A DNA stretch of 64,000 bases from the human T2T-CHM13v2.0 reference genome, Homo sapiens. Location of the stretch: NCBI RefSeq assembly GCF_009914755.1, contig NC_060926.1, one strand, 5' to 3'. The notes beneath the pieces are model-generated. The model did not search any database, had not been told where the DNA came from, and worked only from the letters and a program-made list of their open reading frames with translations. The position numbers and the translations under genes are program-made. How positions within the stretch are numbered: the stretch's first letter is position 1; every line of letters begins with the position of its first letter. This document shows, one piece after another, positions 27,331-40,336 of the stretch.

Positions 27331-29995
27331 ATAATATGCATACTATATATGATATATATATTATATATATGTATGTGGATTTATAAAAGACAAAAATAAT
27401 AAACAAGCCTGGACCATGCAAAAGCTACTCAAGAGCTTATAGCCTAGATCAATACAAAAAGATAATCATAAAAAAGTCTGCCTGAATTCACAGTTATTGC
27501 AGTTGTTAAATTTTGCTCTGAGGGTTCTAAGATGAAAAGTGAAGATATGATCACTAAAACATTCTTTTAGTATCACAATTGAATAAACGTTCTAATTCTT
27601 CTTAAGTAGCAAAATTTAGAATTTTGCTGTAAATCTTTCTAAATAAAATGTCCTCTATTGAGGCCTTAATACTGCTTACAACGTAGACAGGTGATGTATA
27701 ACTCTATTTAAAATTCATGTCCAGTGGAATCACCTCATATCCAACTATCTCTCTTTACATTGTTTACCTATCAGAGAATCTCAGGCCAGGTTCGATATGT
27801 GGATTATTTCAGGTCCGGCTACATTAGATTATCTCCTTATCAGTATTTGGGGAAAAAAACTAATGATTGTTTACCCCTCAGGTGTAATGTTACACCTGAA
27901 TAACATTTGGGAGAGGGGGGCAAAAATAAAACAGAAAAAATACCCCAAATATTCTTCAGTGTTTGATATGCAGTTACTTAATGCCACTTTGCACTTCATC
28001 ATTTGATATGTGAACATTCAGCTTTAGGGATAACTATTGCTGAACTTTGGGCATAAAGGTTTTATTTTTTTAATGTGTGGTTAGAAAATGCTGTGACAAT
28101 CTGCACCTGATTCATAGACCTGTAATTTCACAGAATATATTATTCTGAATTTGGATTTAAATTAGTAAAGAAGAATTTCATTAAACATTTATTCCAAAAA
28201 GTTAACAATGTCAAGCAGTGGTGCAGACTATTTAAACTAAAATATAACATGATTACTGAGGCACTCATTTGTATGGTTTATTACACCTACATCTAGTATT
28301 GTTATGTCTTCCTGAAAAGCACAGGCCTGGAACAAAACTGATGCAGACAAAAAGAAAAGAAAGGAAGGAACAATTGGAACCGTTCTGCTTTTACAGAGTC
28401 AGTAAAAGGGAAAAACATAAAAGACTTCAATTCTTTATGCTGAGCTCCTTTTAAGTAGTTATTCTTGATGCTCTAAATGAAAAATAAAATTCATGAAATA
28501 AATAAATAAATACATAAATATTCAACCAGAGGAGAGCTCAAATATTCACAAGATAAGTAAAGCAGCAAATCAGAGGGATGATTCTTCCTTATCAGTGGGA
28601 ATAACACCATTCTGCCTTTTTGGGTTTTTCCTTTCAATGTCTTGTAATAAAGAAAACCCATTTCAGTGAAGTGAAATTAACAACTACTGAACACCATAGC
28701 CTTGAATTTGATTCTAAGACATTTTTAAAGCCATAATATTCTGCTTAACATGATACTAAAACTTACTGCCTCATTTTTAAAAGGTAGTTTGCTTTTCAAG
28801 GGAAAATAATTGCTCTACGCAAAGAAACCATACCTTGGTTTCTGCAGAATAAGGCAATTTCTCTCTGTATGAATTAATACCTATACGTTACATATTTCTT
28901 TTTGCCAAATAAACATCCGCATTCTACATACAAAAGCATTTCTGCAAAGAATATAGTGAAAACGCTCTTCTATCTTTGGTTCCCAAGAGGAAAAAAAGAG
29001 AAAAGGATACAAGTTTTGTTCTCATTGTTCATTAAAATTCCATGCCTCATTCACGGATTTCCTCAGTCTTCATTCCTTCTATTGAGGCTTTTCATCATAC
29101 TAGTCAAATGGAATCTTTTCCTTCTTCAAAATTCCATGTATTTTCCATCTGATTATTTCAAATAACTTTTTTATGCCACTAATCATTATTTCTATAAGCA
29201 TCGTTTAACCTTGGAGAAGTAAATCTCTTAAAGGCAAAGACCAAGTCTACCCTATACTAAGAGTTCCTTGTGAATGCCAGGTGCAGAGATGACCAGTGTA
29301 TTCATACTGATGCAAGAAAAACCTCCCAATAGTCTCTCCCCTACCGAGGTGTGAAAAGAGTTTTGTATTCAAAATGATAGTAACAAACTATCTCTAATCG
29401 GAGTGGCACCTGTGTCTCTGTAGTGCCTGCCCTGTCCTGACTAATGCCAACTATAGGAAATGCTTAATTATCTTTAAACACAGATGCTTTCATATCTCCT
29501 ACGTGTTTATAAATGACACAAAAGCATTCACTTTTTCTGATTAACAGGGAATCTTCCTTCTCCCAATAAAATCTTAAGTCAACTCTAACCTTTACTGATT
29601 ACAGTAAGTCAACCATTACTCTAACTGCTTTAGATGCTGCTACTAGGTGCCATTTAGAAGACTGGTTCTACACAATTTACTATGCCCTCTGTTTCGATAA
29701 TAATATTTAAGTACAAATTCCTCCTGGCAACATTATGTTTACTCCTGCTGGGCTTCAAGTTCATAGCTCTTTGATATACTCAGTATTTTCTTCAACACCA
29801 TTCCAAGTTCAACCTTTATTCTAATTTCATTCCAACCAGCCATTTCTCAATAATCCTTTCTGCTTAGCATAGGTACCAACTAAAATTTTTCTCTTATTAA
29901 GTTCTTTTTTCAGACTCTTGTTATCTTTTTCTCCCTGCATATCAACTATAGGTCATGCTGTATATAAAGACAGCTGTTTATACCAACAGCTTTCT

Positions 29996-30460
29996 TTTTT
30001 TAATTTTTATTTTATTATTATTATACTTTTAAGTTTTAGGGTACATGTGCACAATGTGCAGGTTAGTTACATATGTATACATGTGCCATGCTGGTGTGCT
30101 GCACCCATTAACTCGTCATTTAGCATTAGGTAAATCTCCTAATGCTATCCCTCCCCCCTTCCTCCACCCCACAACAGTCCCCAGAGTGTGATGTTCCCCT
30201 TCCTGTGTCCATGTATTCTCATTGTTCAATTCCCGCCTATGAGTGAGAACATGCGGTGTTTGGTTTTTTGTCCTTGCGATAGTTTACTGAGAATGATGAT
30301 TTCCAGTTTCATCCATGTCCCTACAAAGGACATGAACTCATCATTTTTATGGCTGCATAGTATTCCATTGTATATATGTGCCACATTTTCTTAATCCAGT
30401 CTATCATTGTTGGACATTTGGGTTGGTTCCAAGTCTTTGCTGTTGTGAATAGTGCCGCAA
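29996..30460 (-). mobile_element. 5'-truncated L1PA3/4-like element
   Basis: L1 3'UTR (CACCCATTAACTCGTCATTTAGC). 17-bp TSD TATACCAAC(A/T)GCTTTCT at 29979-29995 and 30461-30477. Confidence 0.93.
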
Positions 30461-31309
30461 TATACCAACTGCTTTCTGTAACACGGAGTCTCAGGGTAGA
30501 AGGATTGGGATCTTGATCTCGTCTGGAAGTCCTGGTGCTGGTGCTCCTTATGTAAACTGGTCTATTTCCACTCTACAGCATGTATACTCAAGGATCTCAA
30601 GAATGGCAGTATTGTCCAAGCCACAGAAAATCAGTTACATCCTTCCACCCAAGCAACTATTTACCTATTTATCTTATATTTGCCTAATGAAAAAGAATAG
30701 GTTCTCTAAAGGATTCCTCCCATAATCATAAAAACATGCTTCCAGGTGATTGCTGTTCTCCACCTGTTCACATAGAAGTAACAAGCATAATTATTATTTA
30801 CCTTTAATCATAAAGAGTAGTATTAGAAATGTAATCCTCCATAATGCCCAGTGTACAAAAACAGCACAAAGATTAACAATGGGACTTACGTAAAAAGTAT
30901 ATGTGACATAGAAGAGGCAATGTAATTTCTCCATTATTATCAAAAGAATAATTGTGCTTCTAATCTGTCTCTGGTACTCCTTGTGTGATCCACTGCAACT
31001 AGCCCTTTGGATGCTTTAGTTTCCAGATCACTCATGTAGAGAATCCCAATATAAATACATAGAACATGTATTTATGATATGTTGAATACATGTTTATTTT
31101 AAATTATTATTTGTCAGTGACACGAAGTTTTTTCTTCTTAATGAACAAAATAGATTGGTTGAAAAGATAGTCAAATATACCACTGAATGTCAAACAAATT
31201 ATAAAATGATGATTACAACAGAATTATAGGTAAAGTAAAATGGATACATCAGAAATTAGAGTTTAGCTTAGGAAATCAGCATTTTGACCAAATTTTAGAT
31301 CCGGTAAGC

Positions 31310-31419
31310 AGCAGACCTAGAGTTTGTCTTTCTGAGTCCAACTCCTGATTCAGAAAATCCCCTGATTCAGTATCAGGGGTTGGACTCAGAAAGACTTAAC
31401 TGAAAACTCTAGGTCTGTT
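31310..31419. repeat. Long inverted repeat / hairpin
   Basis: 31312-31325 pairs perfectly with 31404-31417. 31326-31349 pairs with 31372-31395 (23/24, the exception being a G-U wobble). Confidence 0.95.
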
Positions 31420-34400
31420 CAGGTTTGCAATCCATAACAACTGCATGAAGATCAAATAGGGTATCACTTATGACAGGAACTGGTAAAGTAAAAAGCATTT
31501 TTAACATCTCATCTGTAAATGTTACTAATTATAATAATTTTGATACATTTAGTGTCTCTCATAGCTCCATTATGTACCCTGATCTTCATGTTGCTAGGGG
31601 AAAAATGTGCTGACTTTTTTGCAATGTAGAGATAAAGGCATGGCTTTGGAGTAGATTGCTAGCTATTTAAGCTCTCTGAGCTTTAATGACCTCATCTGCA
31701 AAAACCTGTGCCACATTCAGAGAGAAATTAAATGAAAAAGTGAATGCATCCTATTTGCTCAAACTTGCCACTCCTAGAAAGGTCAACTATTTCTCCTTAA
31801 GAGGAAATGTCCCTCTAAGTAAATTTTGCAGAATATTAGTACCAGCAAAGATTTTACTGATAATCTAATTCCTTATTTCTTTTTTAGAAGTGAAAGATGA
31901 AGCCCACTAATTTGATGTGACTTTCCAAAGATTATACACACAGATGTAAGAAGTTCTAACATCTTTGAGATCCCTTTCTGTGCCCAGAGTAAGGTTGCAA
32001 TTCTTAATGACAATTCTGAACTGACTTTTAGGGAATTCACCCAAAACCACACCTGAAATTGAGGCAGGGTGAAATATTTCATTAATATCAACTCTACTCC
32101 TTTCAGTATAAATGGTACTGCATATACACCTACTATTGTTCTAAGACACTGGTTAGTGATGCTGAGAAAGTTAAAAAGTAGGGCAGAACAAAAACACATT
32201 TTATAAAACAAGTAATTTGTGAAAAATTATCTTAAATACATTTCTCTTCATAAAGTTTATGCTTCACCTCGCTATATATAAATTTGAAAATTATGTTTTG
32301 ACAAATATCTTCATTTACCAGAAGACCAAGTAGCTCATTTCATCAATATATTTCATTATACATTAATTTTAATTAAGTCAGGCCAAATCCATACTTAAGC
32401 CTTTCTTTATGTTCAAGCTTAAGGTAGGAAGCACTAAGAGACCGAAATAAGAACTTATGTGCAGTAGAACTCCTAGAAGAAAGGCAATTTATTTTAGTTA
32501 ACTTTTAAATTGATTATTAAGTTTGCCTTTTATGGGTTTATGTCACTTTTCAGTGGAAATATTTAGGAAATCTTTTCTTTGTTTTGGCAAAATCTTCAAA
32601 ATGGTTCTTTTGTTACACAAACATAAAGCAAATAGGAATGCAACTAATGTAGAAATACAGGAAGTAGATAGGCATTTTGTCAATTAAGCTTTTAATAACT
32701 AAATAGGGGGGTGATAAAATTATTCAATGATATGCAGAGCACCAGTTGTTCATAGGTTAGCTAAGTTTTGCAAACTCTAGAAATATTTTAGGAGAAAAGG
32801 GTCTAAAACCCTACTGTCTTTCCCTGTGATAATATGTATGATCACTTTCATGCTTGAACCTAGCTATGTCTGAGGCTTAGAGTATATACTTGGGAAAATT
32901 CATTTCCTTCATCTGTGTCTCTGGACTTTACTATTGCATGATCTCCAACATGTAATGATACTTTCAGTACCAAGATCCTCTGACCCTACTCATTTGGATT
33001 CTCACATAAGGCTTAATTCTAACTTGACAGCTTTGGCACATATTTCTGAATTTTAATATTTTGTGTTAAAAATGTTCAGATTCATAATAAATTCTCTGCT
33101 AACCATGGGTTCTTACCTATCCCTTTAAGCTTTTCTTGAGTCTCCTTAATAAAACCACCATATGCTACATCTTCAAGCTAGAACTTCCAACCCTTCAGTG
33201 TGACACGGACCTCATTAAAAATGAAAACTTACCAGCAACTCAGCAGTGAGAATATAGCACCTCTATACAGTTTTTTTTTTTTTTAAGTTTCCTTCTCTTG
33301 ACATGGGAACCAGTCAAGATTAATCTTTAAAATATTTCAAGAGAGCATTTAATTCCGTGGATTTTTTGACAAAAAAGGAAGCAGCTGAGGCAAACAATGT
33401 AAGTAGAGAGTTTATTTGGACCAAGCTTGAGGGCTGCAACCCAGGAGCATAGATTCTATTTATCCTGAATATACACTCAAATCAGCAACGTAATAAGTGT
33501 TGCTTGTAAACAATTAGGGAAGTAAAGGGAAAGAAGAGGCAGTTCCTGAGTTGTTTACCAAAAATTTACATTAAAATAACATAAGCTATTTATAGGTTGT
33601 ACATTGTTCTTTGTGTTACAAATTCTAGGAACATGAAGATAATGGGCGAGGCAGCTAGTCAGGGGCACAAGGACTAAACTTTTCCTAGGCATAGTGTGGC
33701 ATCATATACATACTCATGTCTCTCTGGCCCTGCACACCTTGCAGACTTCAGACTGCTCGGAGCTATTTTCCTTTCCTCATTTCTCCTGTTTATAAAAAAT
33801 CTTCCCATGGAAGCAGTGATGATCAATCTCTTAGGCCTTCATCCCTTGGCACTGGGAAGGCTCATTCTTGGATAATCCTCAGTCAAGTCATTGATTTCTA
33901 TAACTGTCATTTCTTGTTAAGTCATCTCCAGTCTTCAGAATTTCATGCTTTTGGTTTTCTCAGAAGAAGAAAAACTGATAAATACATAGTAAAAAACCTG
34001 TTTCATTGGGGATTCAGTCCAAATTATTGGAAAATGACAAAAACTCAAAAACAGTGGTCAGGGCTGGAATCTAAAAATAGGTATGCTATAATTTTTCTCT
34101 GAACCATAATTTTTCTCTCTCCAGTTTCCCATTTACACCTAAGACAAATCTTAGTAGGACCAATTTACTTCCAAAATAAGTTTTAGTGTTGTACTGAGCC
34201 TGATTATTTTCAAAAAACACAACAAGAATAGCGATTACCACATAGGCTCTTTTAAATTGGCTTTGCTGAAACTTTCTTAAGGAATTTCAGATTAGGCTTT
34301 TATAAGTCTCCAGGCTAGGAAGCCAAGTCAAAGATTCACAATTAGAATGTGCCTGTAATACCTGTACAAATTGAATAAACTTCTCCCTTCTCAAGGTCCC

Positions 34401-35823
34401 CAAGATATCTTGAGTTTCCTGGGCCTGTTGGATATTGACATTCTTTACTTACTGCAAGGTCAGAATTTTTGAAAGGAACTATGTAGACAAAGTACCAGGT
34501 CAATCTCTCTGAGGACTTTTTATTGACTCTATAAAGTCAATCTTAATTTTTTAAAGCAGTCTGATAATATCCAAAAATATGCCATTTTGGTCATAGCCTT
34601 AGTATAATAATCAGTGTATCTTATTTTATGGTTACCATAAAATAAGATTATTAATAAATGGATTTTAAATTTTGGAGAAATAAGGTATAGAGAATGTTGT
34701 TCACAAATGTTATATTTCACCCAATTCTGTAAGCTATAAACAGCTCAAAAAAGTTTCATTTACTCTGCAAAACAAATATAAAAAGAATCAGGAATGTTTT
34801 AAACACAAAGTCCTAAAAAGCATTTCAGTCTTCTTTTTCTATCAGTTCAGTCCCACATAATAAATTCTCATTCTGCTTGATGTTGAGTTAGAAATCTTCA
34901 TGAACACATCAGTTTATGGGAGTTCTTAAAGTCTTTACTTAGTCTAATAATACAATCTCCAAAGTTATTAGAAACCTGTATTCAAGAGTACTTGTCAGGG
35001 TTCATTCTCATGAATTGTCTTAAAAAAAAAAAAGCAAATTTTGGACTGTTGTCAATTGTAAACCACTTTCTGAGAAGAATCCAAGTAAAACAATAATTTT
35101 CTATGGATGACAAAAGACTTAGACTAACCATGGTTAAAAACACAATTGACAAGGAAATTCTGTGGCGAATGACAGTGTAACATAATAACCATATTTGTGT
35201 CTGACAACATATGTTAACACATCATAATTTTAGGAATATCATACAATTTTGAAAGACAATAATACAATATATCTCCTCTAGAGATATACTATATTATTTT
35301 ATTATTATTATTACTACTATTATTTGTGGTATCAAAAATAGTGAAAAAAGGATCAGAAGTGAAAAGAAACAAAAGAATAAGTCTTATAAGAGCCAATTTG
35401 GGGGCATGTTAAGCTTTCTAAAAGGCAAATGATGTTTTACATTTTTCTCAGCAAAAATTATGCCAACAAGATAGGAAGTAACCAGAGGGATCAAACACAT
35501 TTAAAAAGAGTTTCAGTCAACGGAAAAAAATCCCCCAAAACAGGATCCAAAAGAAGAAAATGCAGAAAGCCCCTTTTATTCTTATTTTTAAAATTATAGC
35601 CTAAATGTCAGCTTTTAGTTAAGCTGACTTCTGACCATAGAGCTCTAAGAAAGAATCTTTTTAAATTTCTTATTACCAGATTTAATTCAAGACAAACAAA
35701 CTACTCTGATTCAGTTTGTGTGGTGCAAAAACCAGCTTTTTTTTCCAATTGTGTGCACAAAGAATTATTTTCAACATAGCAAAGGATTCTTATTTTGGTT
35801 ACTGCTGTTTATGATCGTCCCAG

Positions 35824-36491
35824 TGAAATGGCCTCATTGTGGAGTAACACCCAAGATCTGTTGTCTCACAGACACAGAAATCTAGGATGCAGATGCATAA
35901 AGTGTCAGGTTGAGAGTGGAAGTTTAATAGGCAAAAGAAAGAGAAGAGCTCTGTTGCAGACAGGGGTCCAGAAAAATGGGTTGCCGGATCCATGGTGAAA
36001 TGCAAGGGGTTTTATAGATGCCTGGTGAGGAGGCAGTGTTTGATTTACACAGGGTGTGAAACATTGGTTGGACCAGGTGTGCCACTTGCATAGGTCATGA
36101 AAAACTGGTTGGGACTAGATGTGCCGTGTGCATAGGGTATGAATTTCTGGCCACCCCTACCATAATCTTTTATTATGCAGGCGGGTCTTCTGCCTGAGCT
36201 GTGCCATGTTGCCCGTTTCTTTACTCTACACATGGTAACAAGAAAAGGGAAGATGGAGCCTCCGTGTTGGACATGCCTGGCCCCCAGGTGGCCCTTTTCT
36301 ATTGGTGCCTCTGCCAGCATTCGCCCGTGCAAGCTTCCTGCTTGATTATCTATGTTTGCAGCTCTATTTTTCAGGCTGCTCTTTGTTAGAAAAGCAATGA
36401 TTTGGGGGGCTGCTTTTTGTTAGAAGGGAAGCTCTGCCAAGAACTCTGTTGCCCTCACTATCTGCCTAAATAATTTCTGCCTTCTGTATCA
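35824..36491 (-). mobile_element. Solo LTR (MER50-like) nested in the MER4-group provirus
   Basis: Minus-strand start TGATACAG...ATTATTTAGGCAGATAGTGAGGG with TG..CA ends. Perfect 4-bp TSD CCAG at 35820-35823 and 36492-36495. Confidence 0.85.
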
Positions 36492-37279
36492 CCAGGTTAG
36501 GTGGGTCCACTTTCCTAGGCCTTTACAAGAGGATACCCCACGAGTGTTATACATAAATCCAGCTGGTGTTTCTAAAAGGAATACTCTAATTTTGATGCTT
36601 GACTTCCCATAATTTAGGAACTTTTCAAAAGTGTCAAGCCTGGGAATGTATTTAGGGTGAAAGTGTAACTTATCTCGGACTGTCTCTAACTTCCAGGGAG
36701 CAATAGTGTGCTCAGTGTATGAGGACCAGACTTTCATAGTGTACCTGTTTGGAAGAGCAAAAAGAGGGAACACTTTTCGGTTAGAAACTAACAGGAATTG
36801 GTCTCAAATAAAAGGATAGGTCTGAATTTTTAAGCAGAAGAAACAGTTTTAATCTTAAAAGTAGGCCATATAAAACAAAACCATCCGTGTCTAACTGCCA
36901 ATCCTTTGACCTGAACCTCTGCTGTGAGACAGAGGCAGAAAAACCTTGACCTAAGCCTCCAGTCCTGAGGCAGAGGTGGAAGAACCTTGATCTGAACCTC
37001 TCCTGTGAGACACAGCAGCAAAAAGACATTTTCTACAGAGCTCTTTACTTGGAGCTTGTGTCCAAAGACAGAGACCAAAGCCCTCTCTTAAAGAAAAGAG
37101 ACAGTTTGAAAAACAGCCAAATAAAGTCTATATTTCAACCAAGGAGTGGGAGGTCCTAATTCTGGAGAACTTACCCAGAACACCCAGTGGGACTTCTGAA
37201 GATGCAGAGTTCGTGCTGGTATCAAGCACTGCTTTCAGGCAGAAACACCACACCTGGTGGTGAGAATGAGTCACTCTGA

Positions 37280-37297
37280 ATCCTGCTGACGATGCCA
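37280..37297 (-). other. Primer binding site, tRNA-Ser-like
   Basis: TGGCATCGTCAGCAGGAT matches TGGCGTAGTCGGCAGGAT (complement of the tRNA-Ser 3' end, recalled) at 15/18, with two CpG transitions. It lies directly inside the 5' LTR. Confidence 0.7.
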
Positions 37298-38077
37298 GAT
37301 ATGCCTATCTCAAAGGAACCTGCTGAGCTAAAATTAATCTATTACTAAGCAGAGTTTACTTGGGCCAAGTTTGAGGGCTGCAGCCCAAGAGCATAGATTC
37401 TATTTGTCCTGAATATACACTCTGATTAGCAACAGTAACAAGTGGATTTTAAAGGGAAAGAAAGAGTCAGTTCCTGAGGTTTTTACCGAGGATTTACATT
37501 AAAATAATATAAGCCATTGATTGGCTCAGCATTGTTCTTTGTATCATAAATTCTAAGAACATGAAGGTATTGAGTGAGGCAGTCAGGAACAAAATGACTT
37601 TAAACAATTTCCCCTAGGCATGGGTGTGGGGTGTGAGCATGACTGAATCCCATACCCACGTCTCTCTGGGTCTGCATACTTTGCAGATCTCAGACTGCTC
37701 TCAGCTATTTTCCTTTTCTCAAGTTTCACATTCTCAGTGTAGAATATTTTTGTCACAGGCTATTTTATATGTGGACATACAGAATAGGCGAAGGAACTTT
37801 TTAATACAATAAAAAATACACACAATGAAACTGGTAGTATGTATTTAACAAAAATCATATGGAAAATTAAGGTCATTTTAATAAATAAGTGACTTTGAGA
37901 TGGGGGAGGGAATTCATGGGGTCTTATAAAGCCTGTAACATCCTAATGAGTTTGTCGCTTTGTTTTGGTTGCCTAATATCCATAAAACTCTCATAAATTT
38001 AAAAATCTATATATTAAAAATGTTTAATGAAGCAAAGGATGCAGAAAAGATTTTATTCTGTTACAGTCAGAAAAAGA

Positions 38078-38435
38078 TGTCTTAGGCAGCTCAGGCTGCT
38101 ATATCAAATACCATAGACTGGGTAGTTTAAACAACAATAATTTCATTTCTCACAGTTCTGGAGGTTAGAAGTCCAAGATGAACTCTGGAGGTTAGAAGCC
38201 CAGCAGGATCAGATTCTCTTCCTGGATTCTATCTGGCTGCCTTTTCATTGTCCTTACATGGTGGAGACAGTGATCAAGCTCTCTGGTGTCTCTTCTTATA
38301 AGGGCAACAATCTCATCATTAGGGCCCCACCCTTACAACCTCATCTACCAAAGGCTCTATCTCTGAATACTATCACATTTGGGGATTACAGCATCAACAT
38401 ATACATTTTTAGTGGACATAATTGAGTCCATAGTA
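38078..38435 (-). mobile_element. MLT1A/B-type LTR
   Basis: TGTCTTAG...GCTGCTATATCAAATACCATAGACTGGGT...CTCACAGTTCTGGAGG. Confidence 0.8.
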
Positions 38436-39392
38436 GAGTGGCAATTTTAATTAAGCAAAAAATGCAGAGGAGACTATCTGTTACACTCAAAAAAGGGATT
38501 AATCCAGCATTCACTCCACAACAAACACAAAGTATGAAAAGTTGATGAATAAAGCATCCACACGTGAAAATTTTCAGTTTTCTTTTTTAAAGTTAAATGT
38601 AAAATCAGAAGTGAAACCAAGTTACAATTGTGGTGAACCCTGGAAGTAGCTCTGTTAATACCTGGGGAAAACCAGCTTGTTACTCCCAACTCATAGATTT
38701 ATAGAGAAATAAATTATGGCTTAGAGAGATGTAACCCTGTTGAGATAAATAATGAGTTAGCAGCCAAGCTAGAGAAAGGATATAGCCCTCCGCGTTCCCA
38801 CTGCTTTTCCCACCTCACTTTCCTAATAAGCCACTTACAAAACTGGATTCATGTGAAAATATATCCACTTGTTCTTCATTTTGATGTACTTCATAGTCAA
38901 TGTCTTTCCTAATGATGTCAATCTAATTGAAAAGTTAAAAAAAAGAAAGCCAATATATAGGTGACTAATTTTATTGTTTTAATCCATGTTCTATATTCAA
39001 GATAAATGATAAATTATGACATGCCTTCAGCTGTGCTGCAATGTCATTAATAAAAACGAAAGGAAGAGACAGAATAATAGGGTTGAAGACTCATAGATGT
39101 CTTATAGCAGTTAAGAAATGCTATTTTTAAACAACATTATATTGGCTCTACTGTCCTTAAATGTGTAAATTAAATCTTCCTGAAAACAGTTCATAGTAGA
39201 CAAATGTTACAGGTAAATGCCATTCAGCGCTTAATCACTATTGGCAGATACGAGGTGTAACAGAGTCATACTGACACAGTAAATCAATGAGTAGTAATAT
39301 TAATATGGAAATTCTTTGGTATTAATGACTTCAGTACCAAATAAGTCTAGAATTTATTTTCTCCCAGTATGCAGAATAAGAATTTGAAATGA

Positions 39393-39395
<3 letters not shown>

Positions 39396-39446
<51 letters not shown>
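39396..39446. repeat. (CA)n(TA)n microsatellite
   Basis: About 20 CA units followed by TA. Confidence 0.95.
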
Positions 39447-39851
39447 TTGGTATGTGCTAGCATGGTTTACAGTGAAGACATTGACAGGGTGAAAGAAAAA
39501 GGAAGGGTTTAAAGATGATACTGTATTTTTTTTCACATTAAGTAGGAAACAAGAATGGTTCAAAATTGGTCAACATAGTAGATATTGAATGGAATATAAA
39601 TCAATGGAATTGTGGTAGAGTGAAAAAACGGCCACATTTTTTTCCCATCCATGTAGGTACGTTCTTCCCAATGTGACTTTGCGACTCCTCAAAAAAGAGG
39701 TGAAGTTTTTCTCTCCATCCTTAGAATCTCGGCATGGCCTTGCAAATTGCTTTGGTCAGAGGGCATTAGCAAGTATGATACAAGTAAAAACTTGAAAAGT
39801 GTTTGCTTACTGAGGGTTGGCCTCTTTTCCTACTGGGAACCCAGGAACTAC

Positions 39852-40313
39852 TGTAGCAGGATGAGCCACAGAGAAAACTCCTCAGACACCGAGTTAAAGA
39901 AGGAAGGGGTTTATTTGGCCAGGGGCATCGGCAAGACTCCTGTCTCAAGAGCCGAGCTCCCTGAGTGAGCAATTCTTGTCCCTTTTAAGGGCTCACAACT
40001 CTCAGGGGGTGCGTGTGAGAGGGTCGTGCTCCATTGAGCAAGCAGGGGGTACGTGACTGGGGGCTGCGTGCACCGGTAATTAGATCGGAACGAAACAGGA
40101 TAGGGATCTTCACAGTGCTTTTCTATACAATGTCTGTAATCTGTAGATACCATAACTGATTAGGTCAGGGGTCGATCTTTAACTACCAGGCCCAGGGTGT
40201 GGCGCTGGGCTGTCTGCTTGTGGATTTCATTTCTGCCTTTTAGATTTTACTTTTTCTTTCTTTGGAGGCAGAAATTGGGCATAAGACAATATGAGGGGTG
40301 GTCTCCTCCCTTA
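39852..40313 (-). mobile_element. 3' LTR (LTR2-type), 462 bp
   Basis: Minus strand reads TAAGGGAGGAGACCACCCCTCAT...AATAAA...CCTGCTACA. Confidence 0.95.
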
Positions 40314-40336
40314 TTCTCCCTATTTGAGACTCTCAC

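Larger units (their letters stand above)
33367..37721 (-). mobile_element. Second MER4-group non-autonomous ERV1 provirus (LTR family different from 1564-6381, possibly MER65-like)
   Basis: Direct repeats 33367-33779 and ~37302-37721 share GAGGGCTGCA..CCA.GAGCATAGATTCTATTT...GCTATTTTCCTTT.CTCA. A PPT-like tract lies at 33780-33790 and a PBS at 37280-37297. Confidence 0.85.

Noticed and set aside
36904-37023. CRISPR-like array
   Set aside because: Degenerate tandem units without unique spacers, in primate ERV DNA, with no cas genes.
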